Shown: positions 53,810-63,819 of the stretch, piece by piece
How the letters are laid out: each line of letters opens with the position of its first letter
Numbering within the stretch: the stretch's first letter is position 1
Notes under the pieces: generated by a model
The model's input: the letters and a program-made list of their open reading frames with translations, nothing else
Told to the model about the DNA's origin: nothing
Database searches by the model: none
Origin: Leptospira sp.
Lineage (GTDB): Bacteria > Spirochaetota > Leptospiria > Leptospirales > Leptospiraceae
Length of the DNA: 64,000 nucleotides
NCBI GenBank assembly: GCA_034439575.1
Contig: JAWXAQ010000027.1
Location: forward strand, 224,001-288,000
Direction of reading: 5' to 3'
Made by a program: the position numbers and the translations under genes

Positions 53810-56398
53810 ATGAATTCCCACTCTATCGAGCACCTGATTGAAGAATATACTTCTCCACTTTGGATCACTCCAAATGTATCAATACGTTTTGATTTAGATA
53901 TAGATAGAACAGTCGTTAGATCAGAGTATGAAATTGCCTACAATGGTCCGGATGAAATTTTTCCCCTTCCACCTTTATTTCTAAACGGAGAAGGACTTAC
54001 TTTTTTATCCCTGAGACTAGATGGTGCGATTTGTGAACCTTTACAGTACCAAATATCGGACGAAGGTCTTTTTTTAAGAACTCCACCGTCCAAATCATTC
54101 CAACTGATTGTAGAAAATAGCATTTGTCCCAAACGAAATACAAGTTTAGAAGGTTTGTATCATTCGGGTTCAATGTTATGTACCCAAAATGAACCAGAAG
54201 GATTTCGTAAGATTACCTATTCCATTGATAGACCTGACAATCCGACAAAATTTAAAGTCACACTCTGCGGAGATAAATCTCTTTTTCCCATTTTACTTTC
54301 GAACGGAAATCAAATTGCTTCGCGAGATTTTGGCGAAGGAAAACAAGAGGTAGTTTGGGAGGATCCCTTTCCAAAACCAAGTTATCTCTTTGCCATTGTA
54401 GCCGGTGACTTGGTGGCAAAAACGGATGTTTATACGACTAAATCGGGGAAAAAAATTGATTTAAAAATTTATGTAGATCGAAACAATCTGAATAAAACCG
54501 ACTTTGCTATGTTAGCTTTAAAAGAAGCTATGCTTTGGGATGAAGAGACATTTGGTTTAGAATATGATTTAGATCTTTATATGATTGTGGCCGTTGATGA
54601 TTTTAATATGGGGGCAATGGAGAATAAAGGACTAAATCTTTTCAATTCAAAACTGGTGTTAGCTGATAAACTTTCTGCTACGGATGAAACTTTTGAATCG
54701 ATACTCGCCGTTGTAGCTCATGAATACTTTCATAATTGGACTGGAAACCGAGTGACTTTAAAAAATTGGTTCAATCTCACTTTAAAAGAAGGACTGACCG
54801 TTTTTCGCGACCAATGGTTCACAGAAGATAAAACAGATGTCAGCGTCAAACGTATCAAAGATGTTATGTTACTCATTGAACACCAGTTTCCAGAAGATGC
54901 AGGTCCAATGGCTCATCCCATTTTGCCAAAATCCTATGTAGAAATGAACAATTTTTATACGGTCACAGTATATGAAAAAGGAGCAGAGGTAATCCGCATG
55001 CTCTCACTCCTAATCGGGAGAGAACTTTTCAAAAAAGGACTGATACACTATTTAAAAACTTATGACGGGCAAGCGGTGTCATATGAAGAGTTTGTTTCTT
55101 CTATGGAATTTGTAAGTGGTAAAGATTTAAAAGTATTCCGAAATTGGTACGATAGAAAAGGAACACCTAACATAACCATGTCGGAAAAGTGGGATGAAGT
55201 TAATGGAAATTATACCATTCAAATGCGAGATATAGAAGAAAATCAAATTCCCTTACATTATCCTGTTGAAGTGGCACTCTTTGACAGTTCTGGTTCCATC
55301 ATCGCAGAAGAGGTATTGGAATTAAAAGGTCATTTTCTGGAACACTCATGGAACCAACTAAAAGAAAAACCTATTCTTTCTCCCTTTCGCAGATTTTCTT
55401 CCCCCATCAAACTATCATTTCCACGCAATGTATCGGAATTATCATTTTTGGCAAAATATGAAAAGGATGGATTTTCGAAATTTTTCGCCTTACAAGAAGT
55501 AGTTTTATATGAACTAAATCAAATGTTTTATGGCAATCAGAAGATGGATTTTGAATCTATCATTACGATATTCCGTGAAAATTTACGGAATCGAGATTCT
55601 CTTCCAAAAGATTTTTTAAGTTACCTTCTGGCACTTCCTGGTCTCAACCAATTGGCCGAAAAATTCCAAATTTTTAATTTTGTAGAATTAGAAAAGATTA
55701 GAAAAACTTTGTTAATTAATATAGCAAACAACCTAACAACAGAATTTCAAGAATTGTATGCAGAAAATTTCAAATCTCTCGCTTCACAAAACAGAGAACA
55801 AATAGGTAAACGAAAATTGAAAAATACAGCCCTTTATTATCTTTTTCATGCAGAAAATATGAAAGATAAAATAGGTGACATGGCATTACGTCAACAAACA
55901 GACGCTAATCACATGAGTGAAGAATTATCTGTACTAAGATATTTTTGTGAAACAAATGTTACTAAAAAAGAAAAAAGTATCAGCCTTTTTTATGATAAGT
56001 GGAAAAAAGATCCGCTCGTTTTGGATTATTGGTTTTCAGCACAGGTATCAACAAGTGCCGATGCATTAGTTGTGGCACAAAACCTATCTTCTAGCAAAGA
56101 TTTTAATTGGCAAAATCCAAATCGTGTCAGGGCATTGATCGGTGCGTTTGCAAGGAACAATGTTTCGTTTCATAAATCGGATGGCTCTGGATATTTATTT
56201 CTTTCGAAGGCACTAGAAAAATTAAATGATATCAATCCGCAAATCGCATCCAATTTAGGAAAATTATTTCAATCGGTGAGACTACAGGAAAATAAACAAA
56301 AACAAATTGCAAAGAAAGAAATGGAGAGGCTTTTAGAAATGAAAAACCTTTCACGAGATTTGGGCGAAGTGCTCGGAAAAATCGTGAAAGGATTGTGA
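53810..56398 (+). CDS. pepN: Aminopeptidase N (M1)
   Basis: GAMENKGLN, HEYFHNWTGNRVT...LKEG, NNFYTVTVYEKGAEV. Confidence 0.96.
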   Translation: MNSHSIEHLIEEYTSPLWITPNVSIRFDLDIDRTVVRSEYEIAYNGPDEIFPLPPLFLNGEGLTFLSLRLDGAICEPLQYQISDEGLFLRTPPSKSFQLIVENSICPKRNTSLEGLYHSGSMLCTQNEPEGFRKITYSIDRPDNPTKFKVTLCGDKSLFPILLSNGNQIASRDFGEGKQEVVWEDPFPKPSYLFAIVAGDLVAKTDVYTTKSGKKIDLKIYVDRNNLNKTDFAMLALKEAMLWDEETFGLEYDLDLYMIVAVDDFNMGAMENKGLNLFNSKLVLADKLSATDETFESILAVVAHEYFHNWTGNRVTLKNWFNLTLKEGLTVFRDQWFTEDKTDVSVKRIKDVMLLIEHQFPEDAGPMAHPILPKSYVEMNNFYTVTVYEKGAEVIRMLSLLIGRELFKKGLIHYLKTYDGQAVSYEEFVSSMEFVSGKDLKVFRNWYDRKGTPNITMSEKWDEVNGNYTIQMRDIEENQIPLHYPVEVALFDSSGSIIAEEVLELKGHFLEHSWNQLKEKPILSPFRRFSSPIKLSFPRNVSELSFLAKYEKDGFSKFFALQEVVLYELNQMFYGNQKMDFESIITIFRENLRNRDSLPKDFLSYLLALPGLNQLAEKFQIFNFVELEKIRKTLLINIANNLTTEFQELYAENFKSLASQNREQIGKRKLKNTALYYLFHAENMKDKIGDMALRQQTDANHMSEELSVLRYFCETNVTKKEKSISLFYDKWKKDPLVLDYWFSAQVSTSADALVVAQNLSSSKDFNWQNPNRVRALIGAFARNNVSFHKSDGSGYLFLSKALEKLNDINPQIASNLGKLFQSVRLQENKQKQIAKKEMERLLEMKNLSRDLGEVLGKIVKGL

Positions 56399-56402
56399 GT
56401 TT

Positions 56403-58286
56403 TTAAGTGTACATTCCCTTGATCAAATCTTTGTATTTGTCATGAATTACATTTCTCTTCATTTTGAATAAGTTGGTCAGCTCATCGCCAACTTCCATGA
56501 TCTTTGGCAAAAAGCGAAAATCAGTGAGTTTTTCGAAAGATTTAAATCCATTCTCAGAAGAGATTTGTTTTTTGATGATGTTTTGATAAAAGGATCGGAC
56601 TTCTTTGTTTTGGTTTAAGTCTTCACCTTCACTGAATTTAACACCTGCTTCTTTCAATCGTTCTTTATCAGGCCAAACAAGGGCTGTGAGAGATTTTTGA
56701 TCTTGTCCGACAACAATCACTTGGTTGATAAATGAATTTTCTAATAACAAATTTTCGATAGGAACTGGCTCTACGTTCTCTCCACCTAACAAAACGATGG
56801 TATCTTTGACTCGTCCTCTTACTGAAAGTGTGTCGTTAAAAGAAACAAAACCAAGGTCACCAGTATTCATCCAGCCGTCTTTTAGAGTTTTAGCAGTGGC
56901 TTCTTCATTTTTATAATAACCCTTCATGACTTGAGGGCCTTTTATGTGAATGACACCCATTTTACCGCGTGGCATAACTTCGCCTGTATCACTCAGAATT
57001 TTTACAGAAGTTCCATCTGGCCAATAGCCAACAGATCCTTGCACAACTTTTCCTACTTCGCGCACAGAAATGATCGGAGAACATTCAGTCATTCCATAAC
57101 CTTCATAGACGGGAATGCCGATCACGTTAAAAAATTCATCAACGTGTGCGGGTAGGGCACCACCACCAGAAATAGTTCCATGAAGTTTACCACCTAACAC
57201 ATCTCTGATTTTTGAGAAAACAATACCATCTAATATTTTTGCTGGTAAAAACAAATTGATAGAATTGGCAATGGCAAAGGTTGTATTTTTGGCACGTTCA
57301 AAAGGATTTTCTTCTGTTGCTAGAAGTTTGTTGCCTGCCAAATAATCAGTGGCATCTTTCCATTTTTTACAAACGTCGTAGGCAAATTCAAAAAGTTTCC
57401 TTCTTGTCTCAGGTGCTTTTTCCAATTTTTGTTTGATGCCCAAATATAAATTTTCCCAAAGTCTAGGAGCTGATGCCATAAACGTAGGTTTGATTTTTGT
57501 AAAATCATCTCTTAGATCTCTAACATTTGTATATGCAATGCTTGCACCTTCGGCAAGTAATGCGTAATCAATGGCCCTTTCAAATATATGCCAAACTGGT
57601 AATATAGACAAGGCACGATCCCCAGGAATGAGTCCTACTTTTGGTGGAACTTTTAAAACATTATAAACCATATTTTGGTGAGTGAGCATCACACCTTTAG
57701 GCATTCCTGTTGTTCCAGAAGTGTAAATGATGGTGAAAAGATCATCTGGTTTTACTTGTTTGGCTCTGAGTTCCAAAGAAGGTAAATTCTTTCTGTAATC
57801 TTCACCTAACTTAATTAAATCTTTTAATGAATAAACATCTGGTTCCTTAGAAACGAAACTAGGATCAAGGATAAAGATTTTTTCTACTTTGGTTTGTGGA
57901 AAAATAGGTTTAAGTGCATCATACAGTTTTTGGTGTTCAACGAAGCAGTATTTACTTTCAGAGTGTTCTAATATATATTGTATTTCTTGTGGAGTCGAAT
58001 CAGAACCACGCGGGACATCAACAGCACCATTTAACAAAACTGCCATATCAGCAACAGCCCATTCTGTTCGGTTATCAGCCATTAGGCCTACACGATCTCC
58101 GGGTTTTAAACCGAATTGTAATAAGGCAAGCCCTACATTTTCAGCGTCTTTAAAGGCAGCGCTAAATGTCGTACCTGTAAAGTTTTTTTGGCTATCTTTG
58201 GCAAAGAATAGTTCTCTCGAACCATAATGATTTTTTGCATAATAAAACACATCGTTCAGTGTTGCGAAATTTTTCATTCCAGGCAT
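56403..58286 (-). CDS. Long-chain fatty acid--CoA ligase (FadD-like)
   Basis: YTSGTTGMPKG, EGYGMTE, GWMNTGDLG, GRVKD...GENVEP. Confidence 0.92.
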   Translation of the reverse strand: MPGMKNFATLNDVFYYAKNHYGSRELFFAKDSQKNFTGTTFSAAFKDAENVGLALLQFGLKPGDRVGLMADNRTEWAVADMAVLLNGAVDVPRGSDSTPQEIQYILEHSESKYCFVEHQKLYDALKPIFPQTKVEKIFILDPSFVSKEPDVYSLKDLIKLGEDYRKNLPSLELRAKQVKPDDLFTIIYTSGTTGMPKGVMLTHQNMVYNVLKVPPKVGLIPGDRALSILPVWHIFERAIDYALLAEGASIAYTNVRDLRDDFTKIKPTFMASAPRLWENLYLGIKQKLEKAPETRRKLFEFAYDVCKKWKDATDYLAGNKLLATEENPFERAKNTTFAIANSINLFLPAKILDGIVFSKIRDVLGGKLHGTISGGGALPAHVDEFFNVIGIPVYEGYGMTECSPIISVREVGKVVQGSVGYWPDGTSVKILSDTGEVMPRGKMGVIHIKGPQVMKGYYKNEEATAKTLKDGWMNTGDLGFVSFNDTLSVRGRVKDTIVLLGGENVEPVPIENLLLENSFINQVIVVGQDQKSLTALVWPDKERLKEAGVKFSEGEDLNQNKEVRSFYQNIIKKQISSENGFKSFEKLTDFRFLPKIMEVGDELTNLFKMKRNVIHDKYKDLIKGMYT

Positions 58287-58314
58287 AACTCCATAAATTC
58301 TTCTCGATGCTTTC

Positions 58315-59802
58315 TTACTTCTGTTTCACTTGCAAGGAATATTTTGAAATCAAACTTTTCCCTTGGCTTGATTCAGTGAATTTAGAATAAAGTGGGTTAT
58401 CCAGAATTTGTTGGATCAGAGTTAGATCTTTGTTCAATGCTTGCAAAAGATAGGGATGACCATCCTCTGTGCGATTCAAAGAATAATACGCATGTGCAAT
58501 TTTAAAATGAATCAATGGATGGTATTCAGAATCTTGGGATTTTGCGAGTGCCTTTTTTAAATCTTCTACAGCCTCTAAATGTTTTGAAAGTAATAGGTTA
58601 CAAGAAGCACGGTAATAGAAAAAATAAAATCTTGCTACATGAAGCATTCTCCTTTCCCGAAGGCGTTCTAAACTAGATATGCAAGAGAGGGGATCTTTAT
58701 CCATATATTCTGCAAGAGAGAGATTTAAGATCAGTTCTGGATTTTCTTCGCCATTAGTTTTGAAATATTCTTCGGCCGCTTTTCTATAGGTTTTTTTGGC
58801 TTCTTTATAATTTTGTGAGAGGTAAAGTTGATAATAGGCTTTATAAATCAATATATTCAATGATGATTTTTCACAAATAGAAATACTTAAAAATTCATCT
58901 AGATTCTTCGCAAAGGAATTAAAATTCTTTTTCTGGTAATCAAGAGATATGATTTCTGATAGAAGTGAACAAGACTTAAACGACGGTTTTTGAAATTCTT
59001 TTTTTATTTCATCAAGTGCTTTATTGAATAATTTTAAGGCAAGGTCTGTATTTCCTTCGGCTAATGCAACTTTGGCTTCTTTCTCTTCTTTTTCACCTAT
59101 ACCTTGACAGGTGGAAAGTTTTCCTGATTCATAAATACATATTCTTTCCCGAAATCCATTTTCATTTTCATCATATTCCACTCGTACCAATTGGCAATTT
59201 TCATAAATCCACCATTCATCAATACTCCCAATACCATTTTTATCTTTTTTTACTTCCTTTATACATTGGTTGGGAGAAAAAGTTGTAAATGATTCTTTGC
59301 GACCACTACGAGTCTCATCTTCTTCGAGTGCAGTTAATTCCCCATCTTTAGAATAAAATTCCCAGCGGTAGGGTTTAAATAGTATTCGATCCGAATAAAA
59401 TGAAATTTTCAAATTTCCATTGGTAGGATCATTTGCAGTATAACAAGAAATTGTTGATTTACCAAGTAAGTTTTGAAAAATTTGTTCTCCATATAATTCT
59501 GTTAGTTGAGGTCGTATATTGACTCTATGCCTTGGGATTCTATATGTGTTATGATACCTTTCTAGATACTTAACGCAAAATTGGAATACTTCGTGACTGA
59601 TGGCTTCTTTCGTTACTTGGCTTGGGGTTTCATAGCCGAAACTAAACTTATGTGTTTCTGGGGATTTGTCGAAGAGTTGGTATTCTTCTTTTGATTTTTG
59701 TAATAAGAGCCAGACTTCTTCTAATCCGAGTGCCTCTAGCATTCCCAAGGGGCAAAATGTAAGAAGAAACAAACATATGTTAACTTTTAAAAATGCTTTC
59801 AA
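58315..59802 (-). CDS. Exported TPR-repeat protein
   Basis: Signal-like N-terminus, D-x-N-x-x-G-type beta repeats mid-protein, C-terminal TPR helices. Confidence 0.75.
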   Translation of the reverse strand: MKAFLKVNICLFLLTFCPLGMLEALGLEEVWLLLQKSKEEYQLFDKSPETHKFSFGYETPSQVTKEAISHEVFQFCVKYLERYHNTYRIPRHRVNIRPQLTELYGEQIFQNLLGKSTISCYTANDPTNGNLKISFYSDRILFKPYRWEFYSKDGELTALEEDETRSGRKESFTTFSPNQCIKEVKKDKNGIGSIDEWWIYENCQLVRVEYDENENGFRERICIYESGKLSTCQGIGEKEEKEAKVALAEGNTDLALKLFNKALDEIKKEFQKPSFKSCSLLSEIISLDYQKKNFNSFAKNLDEFLSISICEKSSLNILIYKAYYQLYLSQNYKEAKKTYRKAAEEYFKTNGEENPELILNLSLAEYMDKDPLSCISSLERLRERRMLHVARFYFFYYRASCNLLLSKHLEAVEDLKKALAKSQDSEYHPLIHFKIAHAYYSLNRTEDGHPYLLQALNKDLTLIQQILDNPLYSKFTESSQGKSLISKYSLQVKQK

Positions 59803-59806
59803 GCCT

Positions 59807-60187
59807 TCAGGATTTACTTTTCAAATAGAGATCAAATAAGATAGGATTTTCATATGGATTGCCGACTTTTCGAATAGAAAACAACTGAAGTAAGGGCACA
59901 CTATTTTCAAAATAAAATGCCGCATGTTCGTTGTTATAGCGAATCACTCCGACCTCTTGTGTTAAATTCCCACCTTTGGCAATTGTATGTTCAATGATAT
60001 CTTCTTCATACAACTCTTTGTCATACTTATCTTTCATTCCCGTAGATGCATGTAAAATGAAATTGTTTTCATTTTGAATCGGTTGACCCATGCGAAGAAG
60101 TTTTCCATCTAAGGTTAAAGAAAATCCCTTTATGGTGAATTCTTTTGCCGTTTTGTCCCAAACCCTAAATTTTGCCAAATATGCCAT
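59807..60187 (-). CDS. YopX family protein
   Basis: KFRVWD, STGMKDKYDKELYEEDII, VGNPYENP; ATG at 60187 preferred. Confidence 0.88.
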   Translation of the reverse strand: MAYLAKFRVWDKTAKEFTIKGFSLTLDGKLLRMGQPIQNENNFILHASTGMKDKYDKELYEEDIIEHTIAKGGNLTQEVGVIRYNNEHAAFYFENSVPLLQLFSIRKVGNPYENPILFDLYLKSKS

Positions 60188-60283
60188 ATCTGTGACTATA
60201 ATTTTTCTCATGGAAACAAAGACCAAGGAAATTTCAAAAAAAATTCCTTGGTAATTCTCCTAAACTTATTAGAATGAGTCGGA

Positions 60284-61051
60284 ATGAAAATAATCACTGT
60301 ATCCAATATCAAAGGTGGAAGCGCCAAGTCCACAACAGCGATTCATCTTGCGAGTGCTCTTTCCAGGCGCGGAAAGACACTTGTCATTGATATGGACATG
60401 CAGGCAGACCTCACCGATTTTTTTCTGCCAGATAGTTCTCTAGATCGTTTGGAAGCTCACAATATTATGACTTTGCTTTTAGGACAATCAAACATAGAAC
60501 AAGTGATTATAGAAAAACCGCACATGGATATCATTCCGGCTACTCTTACTTTAGCGAAGTTGGTGAGGATCGTCCAAGATCCTTTTTTTCTTTCACAACA
60601 ACTAAAACGCGGATTGGAAGCCGTCAAAAACAAATATGCATACGTAGTCATAGACACTCCTGGTTCTGCTAAATATGAACTGACTAGTGCCCTAAGTTGT
60701 GCGAATTTAGTTGTGATTCCAGTAACACCGAGTAAATGGGCCATTCGTGCCGTCAATTTATTGTTAGATGAAATTTCTTCTGCTGAAACTTTATTTTCAG
60801 CAAAAAAGAAAACTGCCTTTTTGCCTTGCTTATTTGGAACTTCCAAAAAACACCGAGAGATTTTGGATAAGTTAAAAGCAATTGAAGAAATTCCTACTTT
60901 AAACGAAATTCCGAAATCTGAATCTATCAAAACAAAAACTGAAAAACATGAGTTCTTAAAAAAAGATTCCATTCCTTGGTTTGCTTTTGACCTACTCGCC
61001 GATGAAGTGATTAAAATGGTGGACCCTGAAAACGGATTTCCATTTATTTAG
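60284..61051 (+). CDS. ParA/Soj-family ATPase (orphan)
   Basis: Deviant Walker A KGGSAKSTT, IDMDMQ, YVVIDTPG, VVIPV. Confidence 0.9.
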   Translation: MKIITVSNIKGGSAKSTTAIHLASALSRRGKTLVIDMDMQADLTDFFLPDSSLDRLEAHNIMTLLLGQSNIEQVIIEKPHMDIIPATLTLAKLVRIVQDPFFLSQQLKRGLEAVKNKYAYVVIDTPGSAKYELTSALSCANLVVIPVTPSKWAIRAVNLLLDEISSAETLFSAKKKTAFLPCLFGTSKKHREILDKLKAIEEIPTLNEIPKSESIKTKTEKHEFLKKDSIPWFAFDLLADEVIKMVDPENGFPFI

Positions 61052-62432
61052 ATTTCTTTTTTTGTAATAGTTCTTTTGGCAGATGCCCTAGTTTTTTACG
61101 ACTTTCTTTTTTTCTATCCATAGCCATTTGACGGATACTACGAGCAAATGTTTGGTGGTGTTCCAAAATTTCTTCAAACGCATCTTTTCCAAGAGTGTAC
61201 ACGTCACAAAATGTTTTGGCTTTGGCGGTCGCAGAACGTAAGTTATCGTTGATTAAGGCCATCTCCCCAAAAAAACTACCTTCATGCAAAGTTGTCAAAA
61301 TTTGGCCTGAATCTTCGTTGATAATATCCACTGAACCTTTGGCAATGAAATACATGTTATGTGGAACATCTCCTTCCCGAAAGATCAGATCTCCTTTCAT
61401 AAAGGCCATTGGTTTCAATTGTTGTACAACTTCCCGTTTTAATTCTTCAGTAGCTTCTCGGAAAAAAGGGACTACGGAAATAAGCTTTGCATGTAAAAAA
61501 AGTGAAACATCTATCTTGATTGCAGTTGGTAATTCTGCCCAAATATCCTTTTCATCAATTCCGTGGCGGTATTCCCATAGGTTAACATAATAAGTGCGAA
61601 TTCTTGTGGAAAGATCGATAGGTATTTTTTTGTATTTTAAAAAGGAATTGATCGTATCTAGTTTTTCTTGGAATTTAATGCGCGCTATATCAACATTGGA
61701 AAGTATACTTGCGATATTACCGACCACATAACCATAAATACCTACACCCACAATCATTACGCACATTGTATATATGGTTTGAGTATTTGTCGTAGGGACA
61801 ATGTCACCATATCCAATCGTTGTTAATGTAGTGACTGACCAATATAGAGAGCGAATGTATCTTGTAGTTCCGTCGCTCGTTGCTAAAAAGCTAGGATTTA
61901 ATTTGATCCAACCGCAAGCCACCCAATGGGCAAAAAGAAATGTCCAGTAGATAAAAAATGTCAATCGGAATGTAACTGGATTAATGACTTCTAAAACTTT
62001 GTATTGGAACTCTTCATTACCACCCATGGCAAGAAGTCTAAGAGAACGAAAAAGTTCAAAAACTTTCATCGCTCGAATGAGTCGTAAAATTCTAAGTGTA
62101 TCTGTAAGTCCGAAGTATTGATAAAAAAATCCGCCAAATAAATCAAAAGGGAAGGCGGATAAAAAATCGATAAAAAACCATGTCACTAAATATCTCTTTG
62201 CAACTAACTTTGGATGCATGACCAAAGTTCTTTCTACAAAATACCCGGTTCTAAAATTAAAAATTACATCGATTAAAAATAGAATTTGTATGAATCTTTC
62301 ATAATTGGCTACTTGTGCATCTATCTTATAATTTAGAACGATTCGCAAAGGAACTTCTATGGCAAAGTAGGTAATTGCGCAGAAAATGATTAAATCCCAA
62401 ATTCGCTTCCATGGGGTATCAGGATGGATCAT
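61044..62432 (-). CDS. Cyclic nucleotide-gated potassium channel
   Basis: Six TM with S4 RILRLIRAMK, filter TTIGYGD, C-linker, CNBD FFGEMAL...RSATA. Confidence 0.93.
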   Translation of the reverse strand: MIHPDTPWKRIWDLIIFCAITYFAIEVPLRIVLNYKIDAQVANYERFIQILFLIDVIFNFRTGYFVERTLVMHPKLVAKRYLVTWFFIDFLSAFPFDLFGGFFYQYFGLTDTLRILRLIRAMKVFELFRSLRLLAMGGNEEFQYKVLEVINPVTFRLTFFIYWTFLFAHWVACGWIKLNPSFLATSDGTTRYIRSLYWSVTTLTTIGYGDIVPTTNTQTIYTMCVMIVGVGIYGYVVGNIASILSNVDIARIKFQEKLDTINSFLKYKKIPIDLSTRIRTYYVNLWEYRHGIDEKDIWAELPTAIKIDVSLFLHAKLISVVPFFREATEELKREVVQQLKPMAFMKGDLIFREGDVPHNMYFIAKGSVDIINEDSGQILTTLHEGSFFGEMALINDNLRSATAKAKTFCDVYTLGKDAFEEILEHHQTFARSIRQMAMDRKKESRKKLGHLPKELLQKKKSK

Positions 62433-62540
62433 ACGTTTAATATCGACTAAAAGTTAAGGCAAATGAAACAAAGGATTTTTCAATTGCCATGACTTCGCAG
62501 TAAAATACTTTGCAAGTACGTAAAGATTTTAGAGGTAAAT

Positions 62541-62861
62541 ATGTTCGGTGGCGCTGGTGGCAATAAATTTGAGATGTTGAAACAAATGAAGAAAATGCGT
62601 TCTCAGGTAAAGACCATGGAAAAGGAATTATCTGGTCTGAACTTTGTAGGCATTTCCAAAAATAAATTACTTTCTATCACTTTGGATGGAAAATTCCAAA
62701 TGAAATCCATACAGATCGAGGATGAACTTTTGGAAAAAAAAGATAAGAATGTATTGGAAAAATCCATACAAGAAGCTTACGCTAAAGCATTGTCAGAAGC
62801 ACAAGCGGGTGCGGCGAAACAAATGCAAGCTATGGGTGGATTTCCAGGTCTCGGTATGTAA
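62541..62861 (+). CDS. ebfC: YbaB/EbfC nucleoid-associated protein
   Basis: MLKQMKKM...ITLDGKFQMKSIQIE...IQEAYAKA pattern; GAGG RBS. Confidence 0.85.
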   Translation: MFGGAGGNKFEMLKQMKKMRSQVKTMEKELSGLNFVGISKNKLLSITLDGKFQMKSIQIEDELLEKKDKNVLEKSIQEAYAKALSEAQAGAAKQMQAMGGFPGLGM

Positions 62862-62869
62862 AATAAAAG

Positions 62870-62897
62870 AGCCAGTTTGAATCATTCAAAACTGGCT
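62870..62897. terminator. Hairpin between convergent ebfC and OmpA-family gene
   Basis: AGCCAGTTTGAA-tca-TTCAAAACTGGCT with A/T flanks. Confidence 0.65.
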
Positions 62898-62975
62898 AAA
62901 ATAACATTTTTGAAATCACTATGCATGTTTTAAAAACATTGTTTGGTGATTTCAAAAATTGTGATAAGGATGATT

Positions 62976-63713
62976 TTAACCTGCGGCTAAAATTTCCACT
63001 TCCACTCTTCTGTTGGCTCCGTCTTCAGGCTTTAATCCTTTTGCAGGCACACTTGATCCGTAACCTTTAACTTCGCTGATTCGTTTTGATTCGATTCCGC
63101 TATCAAGAATAGCACCTTTTGCAGATTCAGCACGAGATTGAGAAAGTCTCAAATTCACATCTTCTGCACCAGTTTTGTTTGCGTGACCTGCGATGTTAAT
63201 TTTAGTTTCAGGATAAGCGGCAAGAGCTTCAGCTAACTTGTCTATGTTTTCTTTTCCTTTTCCTTTTAAATCAGCTTTTCCGTCTTCGAAAGCAATTCCG
63301 CCATCCATAGTGGCAATGAGTTTTTCTGGTTCGCCTTGGGCATTGACTCCACCTTTTTCAAGTTTGATGCCTTGTTTCGCCATTTCTTCACTCATGTTGT
63401 CATACATTGTGTTTAAATAAAAACCTGTTCCAAGACCAGCAAGACATCCTGCACCAAGGCCGATAATCTTACCTTTGTTTTGTGGCTTTTTCTTTTCTTG
63501 CGTCAATGTTTCTTTGATTTGTCTTTGGAAATTGTTGCTTTTGTTTTTAGAATCTTTTTTTCTTTGAGATTCATCATAAACAGCACCAATCGCAAGACCA
63601 GCCGCACATCCGATAGAAGTACTTACTATGAGTCTTTTCGCGTTGTCAGAAAGTCCACAGGCAAGTGTGGAAAAAAGGGATAGGGTAACAAACCCTGCGG
63701 TAATCTGTTTCAT
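62976..63713 (-). CDS. OmpA/MotB-family peptidoglycan-binding lipoprotein with glycine zippers
   Basis: ATG 63713 after AGGAG; STLAC lipobox; IAGHAN...NLRLSQSRAES...GYG...NRRVE. Confidence 0.9.
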   Translation of the reverse strand: MKQITAGFVTLSLFSTLACGLSDNAKRLIVSTSIGCAAGLAIGAVYDESQRKKDSKNKSNNFQRQIKETLTQEKKKPQNKGKIIGLGAGCLAGLGTGFYLNTMYDNMSEEMAKQGIKLEKGGVNAQGEPEKLIATMDGGIAFEDGKADLKGKGKENIDKLAEALAAYPETKINIAGHANKTGAEDVNLRLSQSRAESAKGAILDSGIESKRISEVKGYGSSVPAKGLKPEDGANRRVEVEILAAG

Positions 63714-63784
63714 TAAGAAACTCCTAAAGTTATCAGTTTTTTGCAGTTTAGGAGAATTCGCCCTTTCGGGCAAGGAAATAAGTA

Positions 63785-63806
63785 AAAAGGGGGAAAGAAT
63801 CCCCCC
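63785..63806 (-). terminator. Rho-independent terminator of the second flagellin gene
   Basis: Minus strand GGGGGGA-TTCT-TTCCCCC-TTTTT. Confidence 0.75.
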
Positions 63807-63819
63807 AATCAAAGAATCT

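Noticed and set aside
59807..61051. Intact prophage around yopX/parA
   Set aside because: No structural, terminase, integrase or repressor genes; the flanks are housekeeping
63714..63812. N-terminal extension of the OmpA-family ORF in the track
   Set aside because: It runs through the flagellin terminator; ATG 63713 has an AGGAG SD and gives a proper lipoprotein signal
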